Virus record (IMG/VR): IMGVR_UViG_3300006151_000007
Location: 1-64,000 of that record
Reading direction: 5' to 3' (one strand)
DNA from: a virus
Taxonomy: Duplodnaviria; Caudoviricetes
DNA length: 64,000 bases
Shown here: positions 8,714 through 18,782 of the stretch, piece after piece
Numbering within the stretch: the stretch's first letter is position 1
Layout: every line of letters begins with the position of its first letter
The notes under the pieces: model-generated
Told to the model about the DNA's origin: nothing
The model's database searches: none
Seen by the model: only the letters and a program-made list of their open reading frames with translations
Program-made: the position numbers and the translations under genes

Positions 8714-9340
8714 ATGACGAGAGAATCTTTGAAGGGCCTGGGGCTTGAGGATGCCGCCATCGACAAGATCCTGGACGAGAACATGGCGGACATCGGAAAG
8801 GAGAAGGCCAAGACCACCGCGGCGAAAGCCGACCTTGCGGACGCGCAGGGGAAGCTTTCTGCGGCCACAGCGGAGCTGGAGGCGCTGAAGAAGTCCAACG
8901 GCGACGTCGCGGCAGTGCAGAAACAGCTCGCGGACCTCCAGGCCAAGTACGAAAAAGACACGGGCGAGCTGACCGCCAAGCTGGCGGACCGGGACTACTC
9001 CGACGCGATCGCCCGGGCCATCACGGGGAAGTCCCTCAAGTTCAGCTCCAAGAGCGCGGAGCGGGCCTTCACCGCCGCGCTGAAGGAGCAGAAGCTGGAG
9101 CTGAAGGACGGGGAGCTGGCCGGCCTGGACGACTTCATCAAGGCCCAGCGCGAGGCGGACCCCGACGCGTTCGCCCCGGACAGGCCCGTGCCCCGATTCG
9201 CTACCGGGTCCGGCAGCGGCGGAGGGCATGGAGCGCCGCCGGAGACCGTCCCAGCCAACGTGGCCCAGGCAAGAGAGATGGGCGCGGCCCGTGCGGCCAA
9301 GGCGAAGGCGACCAGCGACGTGCTCAAAAATTACTTATAA
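8714..9340 (+). CDS. Capsid scaffolding protein (GP20-like)
   Basis: MTRESLKGLGLE N-terminus, coiled coil, DPDAF; paralog at 59556. Confidence 0.85.
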   Translation: MTRESLKGLGLEDAAIDKILDENMADIGKEKAKTTAAKADLADAQGKLSAATAELEALKKSNGDVAAVQKQLADLQAKYEKDTGELTAKLADRDYSDAIARAITGKSLKFSSKSAERAFTAALKEQKLELKDGELAGLDDFIKAQREADPDAFAPDRPVPRFATGSGSGGGHGAPPETVPANVAQAREMGAARAAKAKATSDVLKNYL

Positions 9341-9352
9341 AGGAGAGATCGC

Positions 9353-9697
9353 ATGAAGTTCAAGACAACGACCGTAGGCGGGACGATCGAGATCCTCGCC
9401 GCAGACGATTTCGACGCTGTCCCGTTCACCGTGACGGAGGCCACTGCCGTCAAGGCGGGGACGCCGATGACCATCAAAGGCAAGAAAACGGCTCCCGCCT
9501 CTGCTGACGGCATCCTGCTGTACGATGTGGACCCCGAGGAGAACCCCAATGCAGCTTTGGTGGTGCGGGGCATCATCGACCAGAAGAAGGCGGAGGCACA
9601 TTCCGGCGTGACCTATGACGCGGCCGCACTGAAAGCGGCGGTCCCCGGCATCGTCCTGCGCGACGACATCGGCGTGACTGCCGCCGACACGAAGTGA
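9353..9697 (+). CDS. Head decoration protein
   Basis: VKAGTPM and GILLYDVD; lies between scaffold and capsid genes. Confidence 0.75.
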   Translation: MKFKTTTVGGTIEILAADDFDAVPFTVTEATAVKAGTPMTIKGKKTAPASADGILLYDVDPEENPNAALVVRGIIDQKKAEAHSGVTYDAAALKAAVPGIVLRDDIGVTAADTK

Positions 9698-9707
9698 GGA
9701 GGTACAT

Positions 9708-10829
9708 ATGGACCTGAGAAGTTTTTTCACACCTGACGCTATCGCGGCCCAGTATGAGGAGGTCGCGTCCAACCAGATCCCCTACCTGGGGTCCGGCTTG
9801 TTCCCGGCCAAGAAGAAGGCCGGCCTGGACCTGCTCTGGATCAAGGGCTCGAAGGGGCTCCCTGTGTCTCTGATGCCCTCCGCTTTCGATGCGAAAGCTA
9901 CCTTCCGGGACCGTATCGGCGTCAAGAAGCTGGAGACCGAGATGCCGTTCTTCCGCGAGGGCTTCAAGATCAAGGAGAAGGACCGCCAGGAGCTGCTTCG
10001 CGTCCAGGAGATCAACGATCCGTATGCCCGCGCCACGATCGACCGGGTATTTGACGACGCCAACGCTCTGATCGCCGGTGCGAACGTGGTCCCTGAGCGG
10101 ATGATCATGCAACTGCTGTTCCCGAAGGATGGCGACGTGGGGATCGATATCTCCGCCAACGGCGTGACCTATGTCTACAACTACGATCGAGACGGGGCAT
10201 GGAAAGCCAGCAACTACACCGCGTTGACGGGGAACGACCTGTGGACGTCCGCTGCCACCGCCGACCCATTCCAGGTGTTCAAGGCCGCGAAAGACAGCGT
10301 CCGCAGCCGTACGGGGACCGAACCGGTCATCGCCGTCATGAACACGGCCACCTTCAACCTGCTGTCCGCCACGGACGCGGTGAAAAAGCGCTACCTCACC
10401 ACCAGCGGCCTGACCCTGGGCTATCTCACCGACGATGAGGTCAAGAGCGTCATCAGCGGGACGTCCCGCGTCCAGATCGCCATCTACGACAAGCAGTACA
10501 AGGACGAGAGCGGTGTGGCCCACGCCTTCGTACCGGACGGCTATGTGGCGCTGCTCCCCTCCGGGGCGCTGGGGAGCACCTGGTATGGTACCACTCCTGA
10601 GGAAGCGGACCTGATGTCCTCCCCCACCGCCGAGGTGAGCATCGTGGACACCGGCGTGGCCATCACCCGGATCATCGAGGAGCACCCAGTGAACGTGAAC
10701 GTTTTCGCCTCTGAGATCGTCCTGCCCTCCTATGAGCGCATGGATGAGGTGGCGGTGATCAAGGTCATCGGGGAGAGCACCGCCGCCCTGAACGACGAGC
10801 AGACCACCCAGAGGGCCCGCACGAAGTGA
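9708..10829 (+). CDS. Major capsid protein (Phage_cap_E-like)
   Basis: LFPAKKKAGLDL.WIKG, GSTWYGTTPEE and SEIVLPSYE. Confidence 0.9.
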   Translation: MDLRSFFTPDAIAAQYEEVASNQIPYLGSGLFPAKKKAGLDLLWIKGSKGLPVSLMPSAFDAKATFRDRIGVKKLETEMPFFREGFKIKEKDRQELLRVQEINDPYARATIDRVFDDANALIAGANVVPERMIMQLLFPKDGDVGIDISANGVTYVYNYDRDGAWKASNYTALTGNDLWTSAATADPFQVFKAAKDSVRSRTGTEPVIAVMNTATFNLLSATDAVKKRYLTTSGLTLGYLTDDEVKSVISGTSRVQIAIYDKQYKDESGVAHAFVPDGYVALLPSGALGSTWYGTTPEEADLMSSPTAEVSIVDTGVAITRIIEEHPVNVNVFASEIVLPSYERMDEVAVIKVIGESTAALNDEQTTQRARTK

Positions 10830-10846
10830 GGAAGGAGGCCCGTGGG

Positions 10847-11266
10847 ATGTATGCCGACTATGACTTCTACCTGAACGCCTATTTCGGGAACGCGATCTCG
10901 GAGGAGGATTTCCCCCGGCTGTCTGAACGGGCCTCCGACTACATCCGGGCGGTGACCGGCGGCGTCTCCGACCGGGTGGACGGCTGGCAGCAGGAGGCCG
11001 TCAAAAAGGCTTCCTGCGCCGTCGCCGACATCCTCCTGGACGAAGAGATCATGACCGCCAGCGCGTATCAAGGGGGCGCACAGGTGTCCAGCGAAGCGGT
11101 AGGGGGCTGGTCGCGGAGCTACAAGTCCGCGACCGTCTCCGCCGCCGACATGCAGGTCATCGACAGCCGGAAGCGGGACGCGCTGCTGCTGTACCTGGGG
11201 AATCTCCCGGCGTTCGCGCCAATCTTCAAAGTGAGGTCTTATCCATGCCTGCACCGCACCGAATGA
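10847..11266 (+). CDS. Head-tail connector
   Basis: MYADYDFYLNAY...RASDYI; SEAVGGWSRSY. Confidence 0.8.
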   Translation: MYADYDFYLNAYFGNAISEEDFPRLSERASDYIRAVTGGVSDRVDGWQQEAVKKASCAVADILLDEEIMTASAYQGGAQVSSEAVGGWSRSYKSATVSAADMQVIDSRKRDALLLYLGNLPAFAPIFKVRSYPCLHRTE

Positions 11267-11778
11267 ACTGCCCTCGCCGGGCAAACGCCCGCCGTCCTGC
11301 CATGTTCCCCCATACGATCACGTTGTACAACGTAACGATAGAGACGGACAAGGCCACGCTGGAAAGCGAAGTGATCAACCACATCACTATCCTCAAGGGC
11401 GTTTTTGTGAACGCCTCCAAGGCCGCTAATGTCCGGGAGAGCGGCATCGCCGGTGCGGACGCAGTGGACGTCTATATCCCGTTCGACGTGGAGGCCGTGG
11501 ACGCTGCCACGGGAAAAGCGAAAGGATACATGCCGCCCATCGAGTTTTGGAGGTCCGAGGACAAGTCCGACCACTGGACGCTGGCGATCAGCGCGAAGAG
11601 CGCGGGAGTGGACGGCTACACGTTCTTCGTCAAAGGCGTGGCCTTGCCGCCGGAGGGGACGAAGCCGGAAAAAGTGCGCAGCGTGGTAGAGGCCATGTAC
11701 GACGACGCCTACAACATCACGAAGATAGACGTGATGGACTATGGCGGGCTCAAACACTTTGAGATAGGGGGCGATTAG
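11245..11778 (+). CDS. Head closure/neck protein
   Basis: MFPHTITLYN...HFEIGG; synteny. Confidence 0.7.
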   Translation: MPAPHRMNCPRRANARRPAMFPHTITLYNVTIETDKATLESEVINHITILKGVFVNASKAANVRESGIAGADAVDVYIPFDVEAVDAATGKAKGYMPPIEFWRSEDKSDHWTLAISAKSAGVDGYTFFVKGVALPPEGTKPEKVRSVVEAMYDDAYNITKIDVMDYGGLKHFEIGGD

Positions 11779-11779
11779 T

Positions 11780-12232
11780 ATGGGCTATCTAAAGATCAGC
11801 ATCCGGGACGACTTCTCCGATGCCCTGATGAAGAAGCTCAGCCAAGCAGGCCCAAGGGCGGCGCACGCGCTGGCGAACGAAATCGCTGTAGATACCACTC
11901 CTTTCGTTCCTGCCTCCGGTGCTCAAGCGGGGATGTACAACAGGACTCAAGTTGTGGACGGAACGATCATCTATCCCGGGCCTTACGCAAGATACCTATA
12001 TCATGGCAAAGTCATGGTTTTCGAGGACCCGCCGTATTTGCGCACGATAGATGGGAAAGAAGTGCTTTCGCATTATGGCCAGCACAAGCATCCAATAGAA
12101 AAGCCGCTTGAAATCAAAAAGCACTACCACAAGGATGCGACAGATCATTGGTTCGAAGTATCCAAAGAAAAAAATTTGGAAAAATGGACCAGGGCCGCCG
12201 GGAGGCTGGTGAAGGATGAGCTTGACGAGTGA
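11780..12232 (+). CDS. Neck protein (minor capsid-2 like)
   Basis: IIYPGPYARYLYHGK and DHWFEVSK. Confidence 0.75.
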   Translation: MGYLKISIRDDFSDALMKKLSQAGPRAAHALANEIAVDTTPFVPASGAQAGMYNRTQVVDGTIIYPGPYARYLYHGKVMVFEDPPYLRTIDGKEVLSHYGQHKHPIEKPLEIKKHYHKDATDHWFEVSKEKNLEKWTRAAGRLVKDELDE

Positions 12233-12689
12233 CAGCAGACCTCGCGTATTGGTAGCAGCCAGCGAACGTGACAAGATCGACCGGAACGTGCTGATCTGGC
12301 TGAACACCTACCCGGAACTGCCTGACGACATAGCGAAGGACATGATCGTGCCAGAATCACATCTCCTCCCGGACGTCCCAGGCATGGCGATGTCTACGAT
12401 CACCACCGCCTTCGTCAACCGGCGATACATCCTGGGCGGCTATGAGGCAGAGTACAACTTCAAAGTGATATACCGTATCAAGCCCGGCAAGAGCATGGAC
12501 ATGAGCCTGGAGGCAAATGAACAGCTCAACCGTCTGGGGAGTTGGGCCAGCCAAAACATGCCAGACTTGGGAGACGGCATCCGAGTGCTTCGGGTCGCTC
12601 CGACGTCCTACGCGGACCTCTATGCTCCATATGAAAATGGGGACGAGGACCACCAGATCATGATGAAAATTACATATGAGGTGATATGA
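12216..12689 (+). CDS. Tail terminator-like protein
   Basis: Synteny; paralog at 63144. Confidence 0.65.
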   Translation: MSLTSDSRPRVLVAASERDKIDRNVLIWLNTYPELPDDIAKDMIVPESHLLPDVPGMAMSTITTAFVNRRYILGGYEAEYNFKVIYRIKPGKSMDMSLEANEQLNRLGSWASQNMPDLGDGIRVLRVAPTSYADLYAPYENGDEDHQIMMKITYEVI

Positions 12690-13240
12690 TGGCAGATTTT
12701 GAATTCAATACCATTCCCGGCCAAACGATAGCGCGGGAATTGATGATCGCATACCTGAACGTCGGGACGAACACGCTCCCCCTCTGGTCTGCGGTTGGCA
12801 AGCGCGTGGAGGACAGCACCGCTGAATACGACTGGGGCGAAGAGACTAAGCAGGATATCTTGGGGAACACTTGGGGCACCATGAAAAAGCCGGTCATCAC
12901 GCAGACCTTCGACCCGTGCGAGTTGGATTCCGCAGACGAGGGCCAAAAAAAAATCTGGAACCTGGCCGTGGTGGAGCAGGACGCCCAGGCACTTTCCAAC
13001 CAAGACATGCTGATCGCCCATTGGTACACCGATGCGCAAGAATCTCTCGTTGGCAGCTTTGCCGAGCGGTATGAGTCCTGCATGGTCAAGCCCTCCAGTC
13101 TGGGCGGCGCGGGCGGCGGCAATATCGGGATGCCGCTGGATGTGACATACGGCGGCAAGCGCACCGTCGGCACCGTCAGCAAAGGCGCGGGCGGCGCTGT
13201 GACTTTTACGCCCGCCACCTCCGCCGCGATGGAGGAATGA
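12686..13240 (+). CDS. Major tail (tube) protein
   Basis: Synteny; acidic beta-rich 184 aa. Confidence 0.75.
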   Translation: MMADFEFNTIPGQTIARELMIAYLNVGTNTLPLWSAVGKRVEDSTAEYDWGEETKQDILGNTWGTMKKPVITQTFDPCELDSADEGQKKIWNLAVVEQDAQALSNQDMLIAHWYTDAQESLVGSFAERYESCMVKPSSLGGAGGGNIGMPLDVTYGGKRTVGTVSKGAGGAVTFTPATSAAMEE

Positions 13241-13243
13241 TCT

Positions 13244-13684
13244 ATGAAAGAACTCAGTTTTGACTCCGGCGTGGTCTCCTACTCCCTCAACGGGAAGTGC
13301 GAGGTCTCATTCAACCCGGCGGACCACAGTTTCGTGGAAAGGTTTTACGACACGTTCGATAAGCTGGGCGACATCCAGGAGTCCTACGCGAAGAAAGCCG
13401 ACGAGATGCAGGATCCCAAGGACGCGTTCGGCTTGGCGCAGCAGCGCGACAAGGAGATGCAGCAGGCCCTTGACGGCTTGTTCTCCATGCCGGTCTGCGA
13501 TGCCGTTTTCGAGGGAATGAGCCTGTGCGCGTTCGCAAACGGCTTCCCAGTGTGGCTCAACTTGATGCTGGCCATCTTGGACGAGGTCGAGGCCAACATC
13601 GGCGAGATCCAGAAGCAGGCGGACCCCCGCGTGAAGAAGTACACAGAAAAGTATAAGAAGTACGCTCCTGGGCGTCAAAAATGA
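13244..13684 (+). CDS. Tail assembly chaperone
   Basis: Position after the tail tube gene. Confidence 0.6.
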   Translation: MKELSFDSGVVSYSLNGKCEVSFNPADHSFVERFYDTFDKLGDIQESYAKKADEMQDPKDAFGLAQQRDKEMQQALDGLFSMPVCDAVFEGMSLCAFANGFPVWLNLMLAILDEVEANIGEIQKQADPRVKKYTEKYKKYAPGRQK

Positions 13685-14232
13685 ACTGGGGATTACCGGA
13701 AAGCGTAGAGGTCCAAGGTGTGAACTACCCCATCCGAACGGACTACCGCTGTATCCTGGACATCATGACCGACATCTCCGCTCCAGGAGTGGACGATCAG
13801 GAACGGGCCCTGGCGTTGCTCATCGGCCTGTACCCGGACTTTGACGATATGCCCCATGAGCACTATGAGGACGCGATACAGGCCGGGCTGCATTTCATCA
13901 ACTGCGATTCCGGCAATGAACCCCATAAGGCGCCCCGTTTGGTGGACTGGGAACAGGACTATGGCCTCATCGTCTCGCCCATCAATCGAGTGATCGGAAG
14001 TGAGGTCCGTTCGATCGAATATATGCACTGGTGGACGTTCCTTGCGGCCTATCAGGAGATAGGCGACTGCACCTTTGCCCAGGTGGTCCGCATCCGGGAC
14101 CACCTGGCGCGAAGGAAGAAACTGGACAAGTCCGACCAGGAGTGGTATCGAAAAAACAGGCATCTGGTGGACTTCAAACGAAAATATACCAGCGCAGACG
14201 ACGCTCTCGTAAAGGAGTGGAGCGGCGGCTGA
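13681..14232 (+). CDS. Gp15-family tail assembly protein
   Basis: IRTDYRCIL, DWEQDYGLI and YMHWWTF. Confidence 0.8.
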   Translation: MNWGLPESVEVQGVNYPIRTDYRCILDIMTDISAPGVDDQERALALLIGLYPDFDDMPHEHYEDAIQAGLHFINCDSGNEPHKAPRLVDWEQDYGLIVSPINRVIGSEVRSIEYMHWWTFLAAYQEIGDCTFAQVVRIRDHLARRKKLDKSDQEWYRKNRHLVDFKRKYTSADDALVKEWSGG

Positions 14233-14306
14233 ATGCCGGTTCGCCTGAGAGATCTTGCGGCTCGTTTTCCACATCCGCTGATACATCATCAAAAGGAGAA
14301 ACTATC

Positions 14307-15005
14307 ATGAAAAATGAACTTATGATCATCGAGCGTAAGGAAATGGCCGTTGTCAGCAGCAGAGTGATTGCGGAGCGGTTCAATAAGCGTCACAATAACT
14401 TGCTTTCCTCCATTTCTGCAATTACAAAGGGTCTGCTTGAAAATAAGCAGACCCCCGCAGACTACTTTATCAAGTCGTGGTATAAGGAGGACCAGAACGG
14501 GCAGACATACCCGGAATATCTTTGCACGCGCGACGGCTTTTCTCTCTTGGTGATGGGCTTTACCGGAAAAGAAGCCCTGGAATGGAAGCTGAAATACATC
14601 AACGCGTTCAATCAAATGGAGGCGTTCATCCAGGAACGCAGATCGTCTGAATGGCTGATCACCCGAAAACAAGGGAAGCTCATCCGCCGGGCAGAGACCG
14701 ATACTCTGGCTAACCTGGTGGAGTATGCCGAAGCCCAGGGAAGCCGGAACATGCGAAAGCAGGTCTACACCATTTACTCCAAGCTGGTCAATGGTCTTGT
14801 CGGGATCGAGAGCGGCGAGCGAGAGACAGCTCCGTTCAAGACGATATCCGTGATCGCCTTTTTGGAGGATATGATCCTCCATACCGTGGACGAGGAGATG
14901 CGGAAGGGCACCCACTATAAGGAGATCTACAAGATCTGCAAGTCGAACGGAGAGCAAGTCATGCGGTTCGCGTATCTGCCTCCTGCCCAAAAGATCTCGG
15001 CGTAG
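14307..15005 (+). CDS. Rha-family regulator
   Basis: VVSSRVIAERFNKRH and YLCTRDGFSLLVMGFTGKEALEWKLKYINAF; AAAGGAG RBS fixes the start at 14307. Confidence 0.85.
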   Translation: MKNELMIIERKEMAVVSSRVIAERFNKRHNNLLSSISAITKGLLENKQTPADYFIKSWYKEDQNGQTYPEYLCTRDGFSLLVMGFTGKEALEWKLKYINAFNQMEAFIQERRSSEWLITRKQGKLIRRAETDTLANLVEYAEAQGSRNMRKQVYTIYSKLVNGLVGIESGERETAPFKTISVIAFLEDMILHTVDEEMRKGTHYKEIYKICKSNGEQVMRFAYLPPAQKISA

Positions 15006-15054
15006 TCTGAAGAAGGGCAGCGGCCTACCTGCCGCTGCGAAAGGAGTTTGAACT

Positions 15055-15222
15055 ATGGATGAAAACAAAGTGACCTTGCACGTGGATATCGACATGAGCG
15101 AAATGGACGAAGTGACCAGAAAAGCGGAACGGCTGAACGAGCTTTTAGAAAGGGCCAGCTCAATCGTCGATGAGCTGGCCGCAAAGAGGTCGATCACGCT
15201 TTCAGTGGATGTTGGGGATTAG
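15055..15222 (+). CDS. 55-aa hypothetical protein
   Basis: AAAGGAG RBS; MDENKVTLHVDIDMSE... Confidence 0.6.
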   Translation: MDENKVTLHVDIDMSEMDEVTRKAERLNELLERASSIVDELAAKRSITLSVDVGD

Positions 15223-15381
15223 ATCGATTTCTTTTCCGCAATGTGGGCATGCGCTTTTCCCAGTAGGAACAAGAACTTTTGCATGACAGTTTTTGCAGGA
15301 AACTTCATACATTTTCTTTTCGACGGCTTTTTGCGCCTCACGTTTGATTGCAGCGTTCATTTTACTGAAATCTAACTTCAC
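15202..15381 (-). CDS. Small Zn-ribbon protein
   Basis: CKNC...CPHC; GTG start with a G-rich RBS. Confidence 0.55.
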   Translation of the reverse strand: MKLDFSKMNAAIKREAQKAVEKKMYEVSCKNCHAKVLVPTGKSACPHCGKEIDLIPNIH

Positions 15382-15444
15382 TTTTTCACCCCCTTCCCCT
15401 CGCATCTTACCACACCACCCCGCATTTTGAAAGAAGGTGATCAC

Positions 15445-18402
15445 ATGGCAGTCAGTTCCACGGCTGACGGTAGCGTCGTTATCGATATCGATATGGATGT
15501 CGGTCAAGCGGAAAAGCGACTGGCGAAACTGCGGTTAGACATCAAAAAAACAGAGAAAGAGCTTTCCGACGCGATAGCGGCGCGGGACGAAGCGCAGGAA
15601 AAACTTGAAAGCATCCCGTTGGATGCGGAAAAGAAGAAGCTGGAGGAAATGAAGCAGACCTGGGAAAAGTACGTCGAAATAGATCGCGAACTTGTCCCAG
15701 TGAATAGAGAGATCTCCCAGTTAGAAAGCAAGCTGGCGGAACAACAAAGCGCTCGCTTGCGAACAGAGGAACAGCTCAAAAAAACAGAAGAGGCGATCGT
15801 GTCCGCAAAAAAAGAGCTAAAGCTTTTGGAGGATTCTCCCAGAGACGATGATAGCTATCGGACGCAGCTAGAGGAAACGAAAGCATTTCTGGAAACTGGG
15901 AAACCAGCGATCAACGCGATGCAAGCCCGCCTGGAAGAGTACGACAGAGGTATCAAAAATACATCTGCGGCCCTCAATATCCTCAATGAAAAAGCGGCTC
16001 AGCTTTCTCTTGGCATCCCAGAAAATATAGTGACCAATAAAGAAATCGAAGTGCAAGAAGAAAAAGTCAAGGACATTCAGTCGGAATGGGAATCGGCGAA
16101 GAAGGAAGTTGACCGTTACAACAAAAGTATTGAGAGCGCGACCCAAAAGCTGGGCCAGCAAGAGACCGAGGCGGGCATCCTCATCCAAGAGATTGACGAG
16201 GCGGTCAAAAAGCAGGGTGGTTTTTCCAAGGCTTCCAACGCTGCCGAAAAATCCATGAGCCGCCTTGGCGGGCGTATCATGGAATTGGTAAAGAGCGCGT
16301 TCATCTTCAACGTGATCTCCAGAGGTCTGAGCGCGGTCCAGCAGGTCATGATGAAATACATCAAGACCAACGACGGCGCACGACAGGCGATCGCACAATT
16401 GAAAGGAGCGTTGCTGACGCTGGTGCAGCCACTGGTCGAAGTCATCATACCGGCGTTCACGCTGCTGGTGAACATCTTGACAAGGATCATAACAGCCGTT
16501 GCGCGGTTTGTCTCCATGCTGTTCGGAAAAACGCTCAAGCAGTCCAAGGACGGGGCGAAGTCTCTATACGAAGAGGCCAACGCCATCGACGCCGTAGGTG
16601 GAGCGGCAGACGAGGCGGCGGGCTCCCTGGCCGGATTCGACGAGATCAATACCATCAGCACGGAAAATGCAAATGGCGCGGGCGGCGGGGGAGCTGCTGG
16701 CTCTGAGATCGCGCCGGATTTTGGATTTTCGACAGGCAAGTACAAGGATATGATCGATGAGCTCATGGTTTATCTAAGCGGGGCGCTTTTGGTCATCGGC
16801 GCTATCCTCCTGTTTTCCGGCGCGAACATCCCCCTTGGGTTGGGCCTCATGGTCCTTGGCGCGGCTATACTCGCGCAGGAGATCGCGGAAAACTGGGGGG
16901 AGATCGACGGGAAGATAAATGAAGCGGTCCAAAGGATATTCATCATACTTGGTGGCGCGCTTCTCGTTATCGGCGCGATCCTTTGCTTTACTAGCGCGAA
17001 CATCCCCCTTGGAATCGGGCTTATGGTCCTTGGGGCAGCTATGGCATGGAGCGCTGCGACCCTGAATTGGGGAAGTACTGGAGAAGAGCTAAGAAACGCG
17101 TTGGCGTCACTTCTGCAAATCATTGGTCCAATGATCGCCATAATCGGCGTGATACTTGCTGTAACAGGGCACTTGCTCCTTGGTATTGGGCTTATCATTG
17201 CAGGAATTGCACTGTTTACAGCAGGAGAAGCGGCGGGAGAAGCGGGTGATTTCATAGAAAACATTCGCTCAAAACTTTCTGACGCATTAGGTGTTATTGG
17301 CGCATTTCTCGCAGTCGTTGGCATTTTGTTAATCGTAACAGGGCACTTTTTAACTGGCTTAGGGGTTCTAATTGCCGGAATAGCCGTTCTCGAATATTCA
17401 GAAGTTCGAGATGATGAAGGAATGACCATGAAGGATAAAATCAAAACCGTTTTGGAGAAAACACTGAAGGCTGTATCTCCAATGATTGCGATCGTCGGAT
17501 TGATTCTCCTTCTTGTTCCCGGACAATTTTTGGTTGGTCTTGCACTTCTGATTACAGGGATAGCCATATTTGAGTATTCGAAAGTAAAAGACGATGGAGG
17601 GATGAGCGTACAAGAAAAAATTGAGACGGTTCTAAAAAATACGCTCAAAATAGCCAGCAGTTTCCTGCTTGTGCTTGGGTTGATTCTTTTGCTTATTCCT
17701 CCAATGTGGCCTACAGCCTTTGGGTTGATTGCGGCTGGTGTAGTCGGGCTTGTCGCCGCAAAAGTGCTCGATTCTGATGCAATGAAAAACAAATTAAAAG
17801 AGATGTGGCAAGGTATAAAAAACTGGTGGAATTCAGGAGACGGCCCAAAAAAGTTTTTAACGATAGAATACTGGAAGGGTGTTGGAAAAGATATCATCGA
17901 CTGGTTTCTTGATGGGTTGAAAGGCGCATGGGACGGCCTGACGCGCTGGTTCAATGGAGTATGGGACAACCTATTCGGGAACAGGACGGCATCCGTCAAT
18001 GTGAAAGCGACATCTTCCGCCGGAAACTACGACAGCGGCCCTCGCAGGGCAGGCCGTCTCATCCCTGAGATCTCCGCTTATAACATCCCCTCTCTCCCGG
18101 AAGCGAAGATCCCGCGCTTGGCCCAGGGCGCGGTCATCCCGCCCAATCGCGAATTCTTAGCGGTCTTGGGGGACCAGCGGAGCGGGACGAACCTGGAAGC
18201 CCCAGAAGATTTGGTCCGCAAGATCGTCCGGGAGGAATCTGGCGGCGGGAATGCGGAAATGGTCCAGCTACTCCAGGCCATATTGAACGCTGTAAAAGAA
18301 GGTAAGGTCATTATGGTAGGCGAAACTGTGCTGGGCAGAACTACGATCAAGGCAATCAACAGCGTCAATACAGCCGCCGGGAAACAACTCCTTCTGATCT
18401 GA
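15445..18402 (+). CDS. Tape measure protein
   Basis: About 985 aa; coiled-coil N-terminus, LAGFDEINTI, repeated TM hairpins, IPRLAQGAVIPPNREFLA. Confidence 0.9.
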   Translation: MAVSSTADGSVVIDIDMDVGQAEKRLAKLRLDIKKTEKELSDAIAARDEAQEKLESIPLDAEKKKLEEMKQTWEKYVEIDRELVPVNREISQLESKLAEQQSARLRTEEQLKKTEEAIVSAKKELKLLEDSPRDDDSYRTQLEETKAFLETGKPAINAMQARLEEYDRGIKNTSAALNILNEKAAQLSLGIPENIVTNKEIEVQEEKVKDIQSEWESAKKEVDRYNKSIESATQKLGQQETEAGILIQEIDEAVKKQGGFSKASNAAEKSMSRLGGRIMELVKSAFIFNVISRGLSAVQQVMMKYIKTNDGARQAIAQLKGALLTLVQPLVEVIIPAFTLLVNILTRIITAVARFVSMLFGKTLKQSKDGAKSLYEEANAIDAVGGAADEAAGSLAGFDEINTISTENANGAGGGGAAGSEIAPDFGFSTGKYKDMIDELMVYLSGALLVIGAILLFSGANIPLGLGLMVLGAAILAQEIAENWGEIDGKINEAVQRIFIILGGALLVIGAILCFTSANIPLGIGLMVLGAAMAWSAATLNWGSTGEELRNALASLLQIIGPMIAIIGVILAVTGHLLLGIGLIIAGIALFTAGEAAGEAGDFIENIRSKLSDALGVIGAFLAVVGILLIVTGHFLTGLGVLIAGIAVLEYSEVRDDEGMTMKDKIKTVLEKTLKAVSPMIAIVGLILLLVPGQFLVGLALLITGIAIFEYSKVKDDGGMSVQEKIETVLKNTLKIASSFLLVLGLILLLIPPMWPTAFGLIAAGVVGLVAAKVLDSDAMKNKLKEMWQGIKNWWNSGDGPKKFLTIEYWKGVGKDIIDWFLDGLKGAWDGLTRWFNGVWDNLFGNRTASVNVKATSSAGNYDSGPRRAGRLIPEISAYNIPSLPEAKIPRLAQGAVIPPNREFLAVLGDQRSGTNLEAPEDLVRKIVREESGGGNAEMVQLLQAILNAVKEGKVIMVGETVLGRTTIKAINSVNTAAGKQLLLI

Positions 18403-18410
18403 GGTGTGAC

Positions 18411-18773
18411 ATGAAGATATTGGTCATCAATGGGCACGACTACACGCGATGGGTCGCGGACGACGGCTATAACTGGAGCCGGGACGACATCGACAGCTCG
18501 AAAACGGTCCGAGTCAAGAGCGGGAAGATGCGCAGGGACAAGATCACAGAGAAGAGGAACCTTTCCTTCTCGATGCTGCCCATGCCGGAGGAGATGGCCG
18601 CTCAGCTCGATACGGACCTCCACGCGAAGCAATTCGAAGTGAGATACCACGACCTGCACGGGGACCAATCCCGCCAGTTCTACTGCTCTCAATTCCCTGG
18701 CGGGCTGCGTCAGGTCACTGACGGCGACGCTCTGATGTGGGGCGGGATCTCATTCAACCTACACGAGATATGA
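18411..18773 (+). CDS. Distal tail-like protein
   Basis: Follows the tape measure gene. Confidence 0.6.
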   Translation: MKILVINGHDYTRWVADDGYNWSRDDIDSSKTVRVKSGKMRRDKITEKRNLSFSMLPMPEEMAAQLDTDLHAKQFEVRYHDLHGDQSRQFYCSQFPGGLRQVTDGDALMWGGISFNLHEI

Positions 18774-18782
18774 GGTATAACG

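Noticed and set aside
13660-13690. Programmed -1 frameshift between tail chaperone genes
   Set aside because: No X XXY YYZ heptamer; the genes are joined by a normal ATGA overlap
14031-14306. N-terminal extension of the Rha ORF
   Set aside because: Overlaps gp15 out of frame; strong RBS at the 14307 start
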